From Phoronis australis (Eukaryota > Animalia > Phoronida), in contig NMRA01000371.1 in assembly GCA_002633005.1 (NCBI GenBank), forward strand, positions 303,572-367,382: 63,811 nt of DNA. Direction: 5' to 3'. A program made the position numbers and the translations under genes. The notes beneath the pieces were generated by a model, which worked only from the letters and a program-made list of their open reading frames with translations, searched no databases and had not been told where the DNA came from. This document shows positions 39,401 through 54,400 of this stretch, in pieces. Position 1 is the stretch's first letter, and the number at the start of each line of letters is the position of its first letter.

Positions 39401-42400
39401 TTCATTCATCTTGATTACGTGTGTCCTGCCGCCAAGAATTGTATGATGATAGTACTTGGCTTACCTCAAAATCCAACTGCTACCTGCTGGCTTGGTAATT
39501 GGTCCCCAATTATGTTGCACACCCAGCAGAATTAATTAATGAGAAGCATGATACGGGCTGCTTACATCGTTCAAAAGTTTTAAGTTGTAAAAGTCAGTGA
39601 CATTTCTTATCCAATTTTTTAAAATTCAAAAGCCTAACCATGTGTACTTTTCACAAACTTTTCAAATATGCCTTTGAAAAACTTTCAAAATGTTAATTAA
39701 AGAACTACTATTGTGGCCTCCAGTGTGTTTACAATGGGTCTGATTATCTAGAGAACGATAATATCAACAGCCTGAGGTGATGTATTAACTACAACTGCAT
39801 GGTGTCTTTGATCAATACGGCAGATTTCAAAGTTCACAAATCAGTTGAGTTGCCCTATCTCGACCGGTGTGGATGTCAATGTGGGGCTCCTTTCATATGC
39901 TGTATTTTTTGTTGTCGTAAATCAAACAATATTCTGCAGGATTTCGACCCATTTTGGATGCCATGAAATCTTTTGGGCAGGATGCAGTTCAGACTGATCT
40001 TGGCACACCTGTTGATATTGAGGTATGAAATTTTATGAAAGTTATGGTTCCTGTGTAGTTCGTAGTGTTGTAGGCTTACTATTTTACGAAAAAGTAGGTC
40101 ACTTGGAAGTTGTGCATAAGCGTAGGAAGTTGTGCATAATAGCAACTATTTTAACTTGTTTGTCGTTATGTCTCTTGGTGTTTTGCTTCACTTATATCTG
40201 CTCGCCTGAAGATAGGAGATTCTATAGAGACCACGAACGAATATATATTAAGCTGTCTAACAAAAAGTACAGTTATGCCTTCAACCAAAATTTGAATATT
40301 CTAATGAACTTCGGGTATCTAACTAGGCTACTCAGCATTTTACAATTGAGCAGCAAGTCCATAATTATGCAAGAGTCTTGCTGCAGATTAGTTTTACTAC
40401 AAATGTGTCAGAACAGGTTACAATATTTATTCTAGCCTAAAACTAATTCTTGTCTTTTTACTCACGAACTTGAATGTTCCTCTGCGCAAAAAGGATGTGT
40501 CATTTTTGCACAATAAACGCAGTCTTCAATTGCGTTTAATTTATAGGCATATGTGAGGATGTGTGTTAACATAGGCAAGACTTAAAACCATTTCAGCACA
40601 AATGTATATGTTGGTCTCTACGGTAGTCAGGACCCATTCATGATACATAATGTTTCAGTTAGTATTGGATGTTGCCATGACATTGGTTTGTGGCACCATC
40701 TGCTGCTGACCATGATTACATCATTATTCTCACTATTTCTGTCCAGGAGATCATCAAGCTACCATGTAAGAAGGGTAAAGACTGTTGCGGGGGATGTCAT
40801 AAAAACAGTTTGGATAACCCAGGTGCCGGAAAACTGGAAACTATTCGGCTCTCTCTGAAACAGGGTGACACTTGGTACCAGCCAGCAAAACTGAGTGATG
40901 TCTATCCTCTCATCAAATCCAACTTGACCACCGGCTATCGCCTTGTTGCTGGTAATACAAGCATCGGTGTGTACAAGGGTGACCCGTGGTCAGCTCCTGC
41001 CATGATAGACATCCGACGTGTGCCTGAGTTGAAAGCCATGACTGTATGTATTCAGCCTACTCATGTTCAATTGTCTTACATGTTGATGCCAATATAACAC
41101 CTCGTTCCAACTGGCTATAGTCTGTATTTCCAATGTCTTTTGTGGTTTTCTCTACCACAAATCAATAAATTGGTTGTTCCCACATTAATAGTTAGAATCA
41201 TGTGTTGCTGATTTACGTTTTTAATTATGCTGCAATTTCAAATCCTGTTGTTTTTTAAAATTTAATGCATAAGAAGCTTTCAAATTGAAAAGTGTAGAAC
41301 ATTGTCTTGTTGACAAACTTTTTTTACATTTTAATTGCAGGTCACTGACACATTCCTCTTGGTAGGGGGCGCTGTAACTTTGACTGACTTAATTACCAAG
41401 CTGAAAACTTTAGCAAAAGATAGTGGCTTCGGGTACTTGACTCAACCAATCAGCACGCTGATGAAGGTGGCCAACTTGCCTGTTCGAAATGTAAGCTTAC
41501 AGTAATATGAATCTAATGCAGTTCAAAAGAATCTTAATGTATAATGCTGAATGTGAAGCCTTTTGATATTGACATGCAAGTTCAGTGAAAGTACCCAGCT
41601 CTGCTCTTAAGCTGCTTTCTCATTTGAGTTAGTCCCAACTAGTTTGCAGCTGGAACATATTTTAGATTAGCATGATAGCATGATAGCCCACCGCACCGAA
41701 TTGTCACCTTTCTCACTTGACCAGACCTATGAGGTATATCACGATGGCTCATTTACCGACCGGACTAACACTCCCCTGTCCTAATTTTAAAACTTCATTG
41801 TACTAATCACGAGATGTTACTCCAAATGCTTAAAAGGATCTCCTTTTCATCCGAAAACCAATTGCCATTTCTATTCTTGTTTTGCGACATGTTTATTTTA
41901 AAATTGCACAGTGAACAGTGAGTAAACAGAAATAGCAACAGTTTCGAGAGTGTGTGACACGAGGGGCAGAACTCACGTGAAGTGGGGAGATGATTTAGGA
42001 CAGTGGAGCAAATTATTCCGAACTAAACCTTTCGCATTGTGCTTAGGTGATAGGACCAACTTTGGTCCGCTTGCTAGTCCGGTCTTTTTGAGCGTATTAA
42101 CTTTAGTATCGTACTAAATTTAGACGTTCTGAATCATCTTTAGCATTTGATATCAAATTCTTGTGGTTCAGAAACAATGTTAGCCTACCTACTAAGTCTG
42201 TAATGTGAAAGGCTCTTTAATTTAGAACTGTCCCAGTTGACCAGTGTAAGCAAGTGCAGCTTAACAAAAAGTTTATGGTCCTGGCTGAGAAGATAATAGT
42301 TTCATTACCCCCTGTGGATCAGTGGATAGCCAAGCCCCAAATGCATACTACAAATGAGCATTCCCATGGCAGGACTATGGACTCAGTGAAGTTCAATGGT

Positions 42401-45400
42401 TTCATTACTGGAAAGGTTTGCTGATGTTAATTTGATTTTTTGGGGCTTTAAATTTTGCAATTTGGCTTTAGCTAATTGGTTCTGCGTGAATCTTTAAGAA
42501 GTGGCAATTTGTCACCTTTAAATTACACCCTGACTTGTTAGTTCCACTGTATTCATTAGTTTCTTTACATCTTTCAGTATAAGCTAGGCTTCGCTGCATT
42601 TCTTCAAGCTTTTTGTTTCATTGTCAAGCCATCTCCAGAACTTTACCCCATGTTGTCCTTAGTATTCATTTACTCCATATCAAGAGTTTGATATATGAGA
42701 GCACTTCAGTGTCTGGTCCTCCTTCAGTTCTTAATTGCAGAAAATTACTTGATTTTTTCTGAAGCTGACAAGTAATGACAAATACTAACAAAAGTATCAT
42801 TTTATGGCATGTATACAGTAAAAACTATGTTATTAACCAAAATTTTTTTAATAGTCATTTTTTTGAGAAATTCGACAAAATGCCATTTCATGTGCAGGCG
42901 TAACATATGCAAAATAGGTAAAGAATTAACAGTAAACAAGTTTTGTGCATAATTAACGAACATTTACTTATTCATATTTCAGGTTGCAACTTGGGCCGGT
43001 AACCTCATGATAAAACACAAACACCCCGAGTTCCCCTCTGACGTGTTCTGTTTCCTAGCAACAGTGGGAGCTGCCATAACTATAGGTACGCTACTTGATT
43101 GCAGCACCAATTGGCATTGCAGTCTGCTTTAGTCTGCTCTGGCTGTTTTAGCCCAAGAACTATTGTTGATTGTGGTGAATTCTCACCAACAACCCCCACC
43201 AGAGACAGTGAGTTGCAATGCATCTGGCAGTATGTCTCTTCTGTTGTAGTTTATCGAATTTTGCAATGAAGAAGTTCAATTTTCAATGATGAAATAAGTT
43301 TTTGTATTGGTATTGTTTGAAATGGGTGAGGAAATATTTGCCACAAACAGGCAGGCAGGGTTTTCAGCCATACCTATCTCTGTTGTCTAATCCCCAAAGA
43401 AAAGAACTTCGTCATAAAAGTCCAGGTGGTGCAGAATTTGGCTATTGGACTCACAACTGTGAGAAGCATTTAACTTTCTTGTTGTGAAATGACAATGTAG
43501 GACCTAATGAGTTCAAACAAGTATAATTTCACAAATTCCTTCATTTTCAAGGGATTTCAACATTCTTGATAGTGCCCACAGTTCTCAGAACATTGTCAGA
43601 TGGTACCTGTGGTACAAAACATGTAAAGTCATAATTTAAAGATTTCGAGGAAAATTAGAACACAAAATTTTACTTGACTGTCCATATTGTCTCCTAAATT
43701 GGTGAGATTTAACTGCATAGTCAGCTGGAATAGAAAAAATGCATACTGAGACGTGACTGAAGCAAGCAGCACGGGAATGCTGTCTGGTCAGTCAAGATCA
43801 TGGAATGCTTATGGATTAAGAAATCCGATAATCCATCTTCCTATTTTCAGTAATTTACGTTATTCTAATTAGTAGTTGAAATATGCATTTTCATTCAAAA
43901 TTTTGTTAAAAGCCTATTTCACATTTTTAGCTTCAAATTTTCATTATTTTGGAAAATCTCAAATATGAAATTGTTCAGTTTTCTAAAAACTTCTCAAAGG
44001 ACTCCATCTTGTGACTACGCTAACCAAAGTCCACAGTGATGATTGGACTACTGTGGCTGACTACGAATCCGATTAAGGCATTTTCCCGTTGCCCCCAACT
44101 TGTTCGAACCTATAGCCCAACAACAAGTTGGGAAGTTTACCCCTGTAGCCAATATCTTACACGACTGATTAACTCCATTCTAGCATTCATGGTTGGAGAG
44201 CCAGCTCTCTTTTGTTCGATAATTGCTCTAATCTTCAATAAGATCCTATCTAGCCTGACTGGGCTGTGCTGTTAAAAATAAAAGTTGAGTTATAACATAT
44301 TTGAACATAAACCAATAGCATTTCTGAAATATTCATCAAATGGTGATCATGTTTAGTTTTTGAATCGCCAAAATCGCCCAACTGCAACCAAATTTACGAC
44401 AATCTATTCTTTCCGAATACACCAATTCACTCTGAATTTGACTGTTCACACATGGTCTGTAATAAGCACGGTAGAAAATTGGCCTGCTTGTTGTTATAAC
44501 ATACAGAAGAGTGTGCTTGGCAGTTAACAAAGAAGGTAGATGTTATCACATGCTCAGAACCCCCTATGTCTGGTAAAGTCACTGAATTGGAAAATGCTGT
44601 CATGTGCTCACTTTGACCAATAGTGACTGTGGTCAACTCTATTCATACAATGAAAATAGCCTCTAATAAATGCATGAAGGTTGTATGATGGTTTGGTGGT
44701 GGCACTTGCACTAAACAAGTATGTAGATATTTAACCAGTGTACATTTTTTGACAGGATTTATAACCAGCATATTGCCTGCCCTCTGACTTCTTATCTGAA
44801 ATAAAGTTAAAACCAGGGATTTGTGGAAAAAATTTTAAAATTAGTTGATTGACAAATAGGTATTTGATTATTTCATCTATCCAGCTCACAATGTGGCAGA
44901 CAAATGAAATTTTGTTTTGTCCAAATTGAGCGCTGTGATGATCTAGAGTAATTTGGAAGAGCAGCGAGTGGCTTGGCTTGTTCTCTGTAAACGTCATATA
45001 CATAACTTGCAGCATGGTAATGAGCCTTTGAAAAATAACTAGATAAATTACAGAAGTACCATGATAGATCCATTCTAATTTACTCTGCGACGGCTCCATC
45101 TATTGGTAATCTACCTAAAGGAAATAAGAGTACTAAGCCACAGGAAGTTGAAAATTATAATTACATATGGTGTTTATGAAATTATTTGGCAGATATCAGA
45201 CTTTCCACTGAGACAATTTTGTCACTAGAATTTCTCATGAAGAATTGCAGTGTTATATTACATTTCAAAATGTGAACACACTTTTACAATTTTATAATAC
45301 ACATCTAAAAATGGACATGTAGTTATAAATTTTTAATATCAATGCACATTTCATAATTGAATGTATACTTATCACTTTGTAATATAAATATACATGTAAA

Positions 45401-48400
45401 AATGAACATAACAGTTACAGCTTTATAATACACACCTCAAAAATGAGAATATAGTACTGCTTTATAATACACTTCAAAAATGAACATAACAGTTAAGCTT
45501 TATTATACACACCTCAAAAATGAGAATTATGATTGTTACAGCTTTGTAATACACGTGTCAAAAATGAACATACCAGTTACAGCTTTATAATACACACCTC
45601 AAAAATGAGAATATAGTACTGCTTTATAATACACTTCAAAAATGAACATACCAGTTAAACTTTATTATACACACCTCAAAAATGAACATAACAGTTACAG
45701 CTTAAATTTAACTGCGTAAAATGTGTTCAGTTTGTGATGTCCAGCAGTTGATTGTTTCTGTACATCTTGAACATTGATTTAGTTAGAAATAAACATTTTT
45801 GCTATAAAAACAAAAAAACAGTTAAATACTTTGTATAGCTAGCTAAATGACATATAACATCCTATTTATAATACAAAATTGTTTTGGTCCATAAAACGAT
45901 ACATTGGTTCATGAAATTTGGTTTGCTTCATGTTATTATTATTATTTCTTAGTTAAGAATGACTTGTTCATGGTATTTCAGTTGATGATAACGGTCTTTC
46001 TGAGACCATGAGCCTAGAGACATTTCTCAGCTCAGATATGACAGGAAAAGTGATCACAAGCTGTCGTGTGCCTAAGAACACTTCCTCACAGCTGGTTGTA
46101 AGAACGTACAAGGTCATGTCAAGGTCGGAGGTAGGTTTGAAAAACTGCATGCCTTCATGCTAGTAGTTGTCCCAGATATTTGCACTCATTGCAAATTACC
46201 AGGCTCTTAAAGTTAAGTTTAATATAAGTGTACACGGGTGAGAAAAGACATGACCACCTGTCCTCCAAATCAGACTGACTCACCCAAAACAGGAGCTACG
46301 GGGATCAAATGGGATCGCTGATCCAGAAAATGGGACTGAAGCACCTAAAAATATGACTGCCCACCACAAAACAGCTCCGCCGGAGACTGAACATGACCGC
46401 CGGAAAAAATGTAGACTTTACCAATGCCTTTGTGTGATACTGCTGGTTATGATGTAACCTGTCAGCTAGCTGTGTAGACTGTCGTCAAAATACAGCTTGG
46501 CAGCACTGCGTGTTGAGCTTTGTTAGACCTCTAAATTTCCCACAGCCTGGGTAATTCTGGTCGTCGCCTCGTCGTGAAACTTATATCAACATGTAGAGCT
46601 AGTGACCGGCGCAGACGCATGCAAAATCTGGGAGTCAGTCAACACTCACCTTACAGGTTGCAGCCACTTGAGTGAACAATAATATACTGAACGCCATTTT
46701 TTTGCATAATTGTTTGCCTATTGTAACAAAGACGTCTGTCGCACTCGTGACACGTGCCATTTCCTAAAATTTTGCGTCATCTTTTGTAAGATGATGACAA
46801 TTTTGATCGCCGCAGCAAATTCGTTTTTAAAATACTAAAAACTTGTAACGAAATGAAACCAGTTTCGATAATTTGTTGTGCCATGTATGTAACCTCGTAG
46901 AAGAGAAGAACAGCTGTTTGAAGAATCGGAAAAAAAAACTGGTCCATGATAGCTGACCTAAAGGAACGCATCACAATTTTAGCAGCAGAATAGCAGCAGA
47001 ACGACAATTTTTCCCGAGCACCTATCAATAATTTAGTTACTCAAGGAAGAATTTAAAAACCGGACGATCGCCGCACACATAAAAAAGTTCACGTTCAATT
47101 CAACGTTTCGTGTTTTCATTAGACATCATCAGGATCATATTTACAACAATTTAGGACAACAAGTGCCAACATACAGCTCAGGTAACATCCATAAAGTGAA
47201 GTGAGAGATACATAGAATATAGTCAGTAGCTGGTCATCACCATAGTTGCAGGGTCACTGAGCTCTGCATGTTATTCAGAGAACCAGTGGCATGCTGGTTC
47301 TGAATGGCCAATGACTCTTTAATGTACAGTAACTCCTTATCAGGTTCTCTGTAGATAATACTAACAGAGTTGGCTTGGTGATTGTAGCTAATACAATGCC
47401 TATTATGTTACTTTTCTCAGAGGTGTGATGTTCTTTCAACCTGTCACAGAGGCGTCTCAGTGTAAGTCCTATATAGAATTCCTTACAGTTGTGGTTGAAT
47501 ATGGCCAAAAACTGATTTAATTATCAAGGAAGAGTGTCGTTAATAACACTAAGTCTGTGAAGATTCTACTTAATTGTTCAGTTTTTTACTCACAATCAGC
47601 ACAAAGCTTTATATTTAGTATACAGCTTTGCACACAAAGGCTAGTTGGGATGATACTTCACCCGAGAGCCAGAACTCTCTTTTTTACTTGACCAGTACGT
47701 CAAATTGGAGAAAATGAACTTCATTTTATTCTAAAACTTACGCAGTGGATAAAATTATAATTATTTAGCTCAAAAGCGTGCAACGTGGTTGGTTTATGGT
47801 TAGATTTATTAATTTTAAATGTCGACCGTCTTTCAATTGTTTATAAGTCACATAATGTTACAGAGCCTGGTGAAGTGAAACTTAAAAGCGCTGCATTTAC
47901 AAAGCACAGTGTCCTGCACCGCACAAAAGATTTCAGCATAAAATCTGCATTATGCATACGTATATAGCCCCATTGTATGACCTGTGTAGGCATACAGTCA
48001 ATTGACTGGCACTGCGGTTTCAATCCCCAGCGGTCCTGTTTTTTGGTGAGGTGATCATGTTTTTAGGTGCGGCGCTCCCTGTTTTGTGGTGAGTCGGTCA
48101 GATCTGGAGTACCGGCGGTCATGTTGTTTTTCACAAGTGGTGTACACAGGTTATGATCACCCTTGAAGCCTTAATGTGTCAATCACTGTTCACTGGTGAT
48201 TGCCCTGACCAGAATGTAACTTATAGTAGAGGTGTGAATTATTCCATTCAGGAATGTGCTATTCAAAATAAATATGGGGTAATAAAACAATTATCTTCTC
48301 AGTCAGGACAATAAACCTTTTTTTAAGCTGTGTTTACTTACATAGTCCAAGTGGGACAGTTGCATGACTATCAGTGAGTAATTACATATAACAGAAGTAT

Positions 48401-51400
48401 TTGTATTTATCTGGGGACAGATACCCATACCAAAAGACCATGTTTGCCGCAAGCTTGCAGCAAACATGCCGCAAGCTTGCAGCAAACAATTTTGTTTGCA
48501 GCAAACCAGCCGCAAAGTTTTCAGGAGTTTGCCGCTACCCGCAACTCAGCTGCACACATTGCCGCAACCTTGCTGCAAACACTGAAGTTTGCAGGAATGT
48601 TGCGGCAAACTTGGTGATTGAAAAAGTGTTTGCGGGAAAGTTGCAGGAAACTTTATTGGTGAAAAAATGTTTGCGGGAAAGTTGCAGGAAACTTTATTGG
48701 TGAAAAAGTGTTTGCAGGAAAGTTGCAGGAAACTTTATTGGTGAAAAAGTGTTTTCGGGAAAGTTGCAGGAAACTTTATTGGTTAAAAAGTGTTTGCGGG
48801 AAACTTGCAGGAAACTTTATTGGTGAAAAAGTGTTTGCGGGAAAGTTGCAGGAAACTTTATTGGTGAAATTGTCCTCAAGAATAGGTGAAAAAGTGCTTG
48901 CACAAAATTTGACGTAAACTTCAATGTTTAAAGTGTTAGCATTAATATTGTGACAATGTTAGAAATTGTGAAATTGTTTTTTATTTTCTAAATTTCAAAG
49001 AAACCTCAAATCCCAGAAGCTAAGCAGTGCAGTTACTTATTTTAGATTACTTACCTAAATGTGACCTATTTTTGGGTAAGTTATATTGTTAAAAACAGCA
49101 AATGCTCAAAGATGACCAAATGCGACCTAACACTAGAGAAGATATCTGCATCTGTATGTTCTTTGTTTTTTATTCAGTCACTATACTTAACAAGTTTTCA
49201 TTTTCCTTTCATACTGCTGTCAAAGTCAGTACAGCAAAATATATGAATGAGTACTAAGACATGTTTTGCTTAATACGCAGACTGGGCAAAATCTGATTCA
49301 ATCACAGCAAACAGATGAATATACTATTAAATAAATATTTTATCATTTGCTACATTCTTAGTAAGTGTTCTTTTTGTATCCCTAATATCAGTCATTAAAG
49401 TTGGCTTGTTTCTTTATAGAACAGTCATGCAGTTGTAAATGCTGGATTGAGACTGGTTGTGGACAAACCCAATAACTACAATGTCATCGACTTGAAGATT
49501 TACTTTGGTGGTATCAACACTTCTTTTGTAAGTAAGGTTCACAGTCTTCTTCATCTGTAAAACATGAGACATTCATCACGCATTGATCCTGAGTGTATCT
49601 ACTCCTTGTGTGTTCAGGGAAACTCTTACTTTCTTCAGTCGTGTACACCAGGTATGGTAAAAATTCTTCAATTTGGGACTGTCTCTGGAATTTGGGACAT
49701 GGAAACTCTCGGAAAAATTGAATTGTTTTGAATGTGGAATTTGGGACAAGGTCAATTTTGGTGTACACCATATTTATGAAATGTCGCACAATGTGTTTTC
49801 TATGTACGAACGGGTAATTTTGGTGTATTTCCGGTGCTCCTTGAATTTGTGACGTTCAATATAATTGTTTTTTAGAATTATGTCAAGCTCCGACTTTGAG
49901 CAAAACAATTAATTTATTACTGTCCTCAAACTGAAGAATTATTGCACTGATAACCTAGAGCCATTTCATGCTTTATTGATATGTGTAGTTAAAACTGTGC
50001 TGAGGAGCTAGAAACCTGATTCAAGGGTGTAGCAGTGTGCCCCAGTGGGACTCAATGGTGTAGCAGTGTGCCCCAGTGGGACTTGAACTGAAATTTTAAG
50101 GAATGGAAATGGACGTTTTTCCCACTAGACCTCCTCTTTGAAAATAAAAAGAGACCCGTCAGTTTTGTTAGTGTTGATCCACCCATCCACGACTGACTTG
50201 CTTCATACTGATTTCATTTTGTCAGGAGTTAATTGACAAATTTCATGATGTCCATGTTTAGGCAGTGTGAAAGAATAAATCTAATTGACTGTCCTTTTTC
50301 ATGTATTGACTCCACACTTGTGAGAGGAATTTTTTGTCTTTGAGTAGGTGCGTGCAACAATGGCAGAGAAGTACTTGATTGGGAAGTCTCTTTCTGACAA
50401 CCAAATCCTGCAGGGTGCGCTGTCTGCGTTAAGGTCAGATGTTAAGCCAGACAACAGTGGAGGGTTGACGTCTCCTGAGTACCGTCTCAGTCTTGTGCTC
50501 TCCTTGCTCTACAGAGTAAGTGTGCTTTAAAATTTAACAATACTGACAGGGTCATATGCAATCCCACTGCCAGTTTCTTTATGCTGAGGTTTCACTTTTT
50601 AACTGCATCAGTGATTGAGGCATTGGTTTTTGTGGAATTTTTTGGTTATAGATGTCCGACCTAGTTTCTTTTAACCATTGGTTCTCTAAGCTTTGACTTG
50701 GGAAGAATCATGATTTAAAAAGGATTAAAGCACAATAGATTGTATTTTTGTCATTGAATATTGTATTGATGATCCGAAATTAACTGGAAAGTTTTCACTT
50801 TATGCACAAATGCCACGTGTGTTCCAGTTTATTCTTGATACGTGTGGTGACGTAGTGGCTGACCAATACAAAGCTGGCGCCTCAGGCATTCACCGACCTC
50901 TGTCGTCAGGACAACAGGTGTTTGATACCCAACCTGATAAATACCCGGTGTCAAAACCCACTCCAAAAGTTGCTAGCAGACTACAGGTGAGCAAATTATC
51001 TCATTGCAGGCTAGCAGACTACAGGTGAGCAAGTTATCTCATTGCAGGCTGGGCACAAACAGTTGGATAGCAAATCTCATGGTACCGTTTGCACTTGCGA
51101 TCATGTGATGTTGGAATGAAGCTATTGTGATGTTTATGTTTCCAAAATTATGATAATTTAAGGCTGAGTGTAGATGTCAGACATGACGTTGACTAACACA
51201 TAGTCTACAATGATGTGTCAGTCGCAGCTTGGGAAGAAAGCATGACGTTGAGTTAACAAGCATTCATAGGAAAAAGGAGCACTTGCGTAATGGCTGTGAC
51301 AGTAGGTGTACCCTCTAGTTTCAAAATTGTTTCATTTTAAATTACATTTTCATGTTTTTAATCTCATGTTATAGACTGCGGGTGAGGCTGAGTTTGTGAG

Positions 51401-54400
51401 TGACATGGCCACACAGCAGAATGAAGTCTACGCCAAGTTTGTTGTCAGTACTGTGGCTAACGCGGAGCTGGACACGATCGACGCTTCACAGGCTTTGGTA
51501 TGGCTTACACGACTCTTTCTCATTTGTAAGATCAAAGTTAAATGATGTTATTGTGTGCAGCAAAAGCATGTTCACACAATTTATGCCTCACCTACTGTGA
51601 GACTGTCTTAACAGAAATCAATAGTTTTTTCAATTATATATTATTCTGACGAACCAATTAGCCTTGCATCTTTTATGTCATAATCTACTAGCATTGCTCT
51701 TGGTAATCTTCTGGGGTGTCCAGTTGGTGCCAGTTATTTTTAAGGAATACATTCCTTACCGGCTTTTTAAATACCTCAGAAGTGTTTTATATGTACATGT
51801 AGTGTGCTAATATACCGGTATGTCTTCTCGTCTACTTTTTCTGTAGCATACACTTATTATCAGTTGAGTCATCTACACAATTTTGTTGCCTTGATTTTAG
51901 CCTATCATAATTTTGTCGATTCTTGCAAAATTGAACTAAGCTCAAGAGTTATTACTTGTGAGGTGTATATCTTGAGTTCTAATCTCTGTGCCATTATACA
52001 CTATAGAATTTTTAACTGAAAGTAAACTTTCAATTGGTGACCTGCGGATTGTGATATGTATCATTTAAAATGTTTTGTATTGTTGACTTTCTAGCAGAAA
52101 TTTCCTTTAAAAACATTTTGAATTGTTGATTTTCTTGCAGAAAGTTCCTGGCGTACTGGCGGTGCTCACATACAAAGACATCCCTGGCACCAACAACTTC
52201 ATGTATATGTCTGATGCTGGTGTTGAGGAAGTGTTGTGTTCTGGGAAGGTTCTCTATGCTGGCCAACCACTGGCAATTTTGGTCACAGGTAAACTGACCA
52301 TCAAAACAAAGCCTTTGATATTTCAACGAGCTTTGAGTAGTGAAGTACATATTGCTGACTATTTAGTTTGTTGTTCCAAAAGCTTGCTACTCCTGTGCAG
52401 TTGATTTTACAATTACATTAAATTTACGTAATTTGTAGTTGACATTTTTTTAGCTATTTCTTAACAATATATTCTTTGCCAAATGTGAACTTTTGTGCGG
52501 TCAAAACAATGGGCGTGATCCAATTATTATTGTTATTATTAGAATACTGGGAATACAGTAGTTACCTATCGGCAACCTGTTTGTGTTTTCGGACGTAGCT
52601 TTTGAACCCATCCTGGACCCTTTGTTGGGGTACTGGTGGGAAACTTCGTGTCACTTGGTCATCAGTGTGTGGTCCTTGGTAGTTGTCCAGCACCACCTGG
52701 TGGCTGTTACTTGCAAGGAGGTGCTGGTACATAGCTTATAATTCATTTCCACTGTCTCTGTTCAGTTTTGGTTTATTGCTCTTGATTTCGACTGTTTTTC
52801 GATTTTACTGTTCCAATAGTTATTTTTTCTGGATGCCATATTTTGACTGTAGGCTTGCCAGTGTTATGTTATCTGTTCATATTGTGTTCTCCTAATGGTT
52901 GGAGAGTTGCCAGATATTCATTTAGTCTGGTTCCTAAGTTCCAAGTGGTCTCACCAACATATTTGGAAATAGAATAATCTTTTTTCATCCTCTACAATAT
53001 ACATCAACAACAAAACGAGACGTATTTAAAGATAGGTTAGTCTTCACAAATTTGACATTTTTGAGTTTTCTTCAGTGTATTTGGTGTTAGGTTTGAGTTA
53101 AGTGGTGATTGAACAATGGATTTCTAATATTTTGCACTTAGTGTTGTTTTTCTTAAAAATGATTTCCCCCAGTCGCTTCACATTCTCTACATTGCCTAGT
53201 TGGCTCCTGTTAACTGATGATATAGTCAGATAAGTGCTGTGTCTTGAATCACTCTAGTTATACTTTGAGATGAACAGGTTACATAACCACTGCTGTTGTA
53301 TTTCTCTCACTTTTTGACAGGTGCAGAATCTCTGAATTGCTTTACCTTAGACTGCTCTTTACAACGCTTATACTTCTTTTGAAGCAGATATAAAAATAGA
53401 AATGAAGGCAAAAATCACGGATTCATTACCAATATTAGAACTTGGTGATGCCTAACTCCCTTGGTGATGCCTAACTTTCCTGTAGTTTATTTTCAAATCA
53501 CCATTTTTTAGTCAGTTACCCACCTTGATCCACTTGCTTACAACCATGTTGCTCCACCTGCCAAGTTTGTTAACTGCGTGTATTTTATCTTTGATTTAAA
53601 AGCCATGATTAAAATACTCCTTTACAAACCAGTTGTGCCAACAATTAGGCTAAAAAATGTGAATGCCCCAGACGAGAGAGCGTGGACTGGGCTGTTTAGT
53701 AAAATGAAAAGGCACATTCAGTTTCTTTCAATAAATGAACCATTTCTAGCTGAAATAAACTTAATGTTCTATTTTTGACTAGTTGCTGTATCTGTCTTGT
53801 GTCCAGATTGTAGTGTTAAATGCCACAACAGAGTGATTTTTGATAAAGCTAAATTAGTGGATTATTTTTGGACTGTTTCCTGCTGGTTAATATTCTTTCG
53901 TCATATTTGGAACAGCACAAGTTGAATGAAATAAAGTTTCAATCTCTACATCTATGTTGCCACTAAAGAGATTTCAGAAATTCAAAGTCTATAACAGTAC
54001 TACATATTTTTATTGATGTTACACATATACTTTCAAAAATGCAGGTGCATCAGATAAAAAGGTAAATATATATCTCTGCCAAGACGAGATTACTCATTGC
54101 ATGGTATGCTGAAATGCTGAGGTACCCCCTACCTAGCAGAGATGACATCGCTAGTTTGTATGCAGGAGCATGCAGCATTCTGTTTCATGTCAGCTTCCAA
54201 CTTTGTGAACTAGTGTGTGTTTTTATCAACCCCACCCACCACCGTGGCTAATGCTGAATGTCTAGGGTGTGGCTTTATAAAACTGTAAATGGTGAAATTA
54301 CACAGAATGCATTTTGTATGCAATTTTTATCAAAAAAAGTGCATGAATTGCTTGACACCTACTTTTCTTTGATTATCAGAATATCTAACTATGCTAAAAT

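Noticed and set aside
48619-48869. Regular 41-49-bp arrays (also 38179, 22013, 54460) as CRISPR arrays
   Set aside because: Head-to-tail repeats with no unique spacers, no cas genes, and a eukaryotic intronic context.
50060-50135. tRNA gene
   Set aside because: A/B-box-like motifs only, with no complete acceptor or anticodon stems; treated as a SINE remnant.
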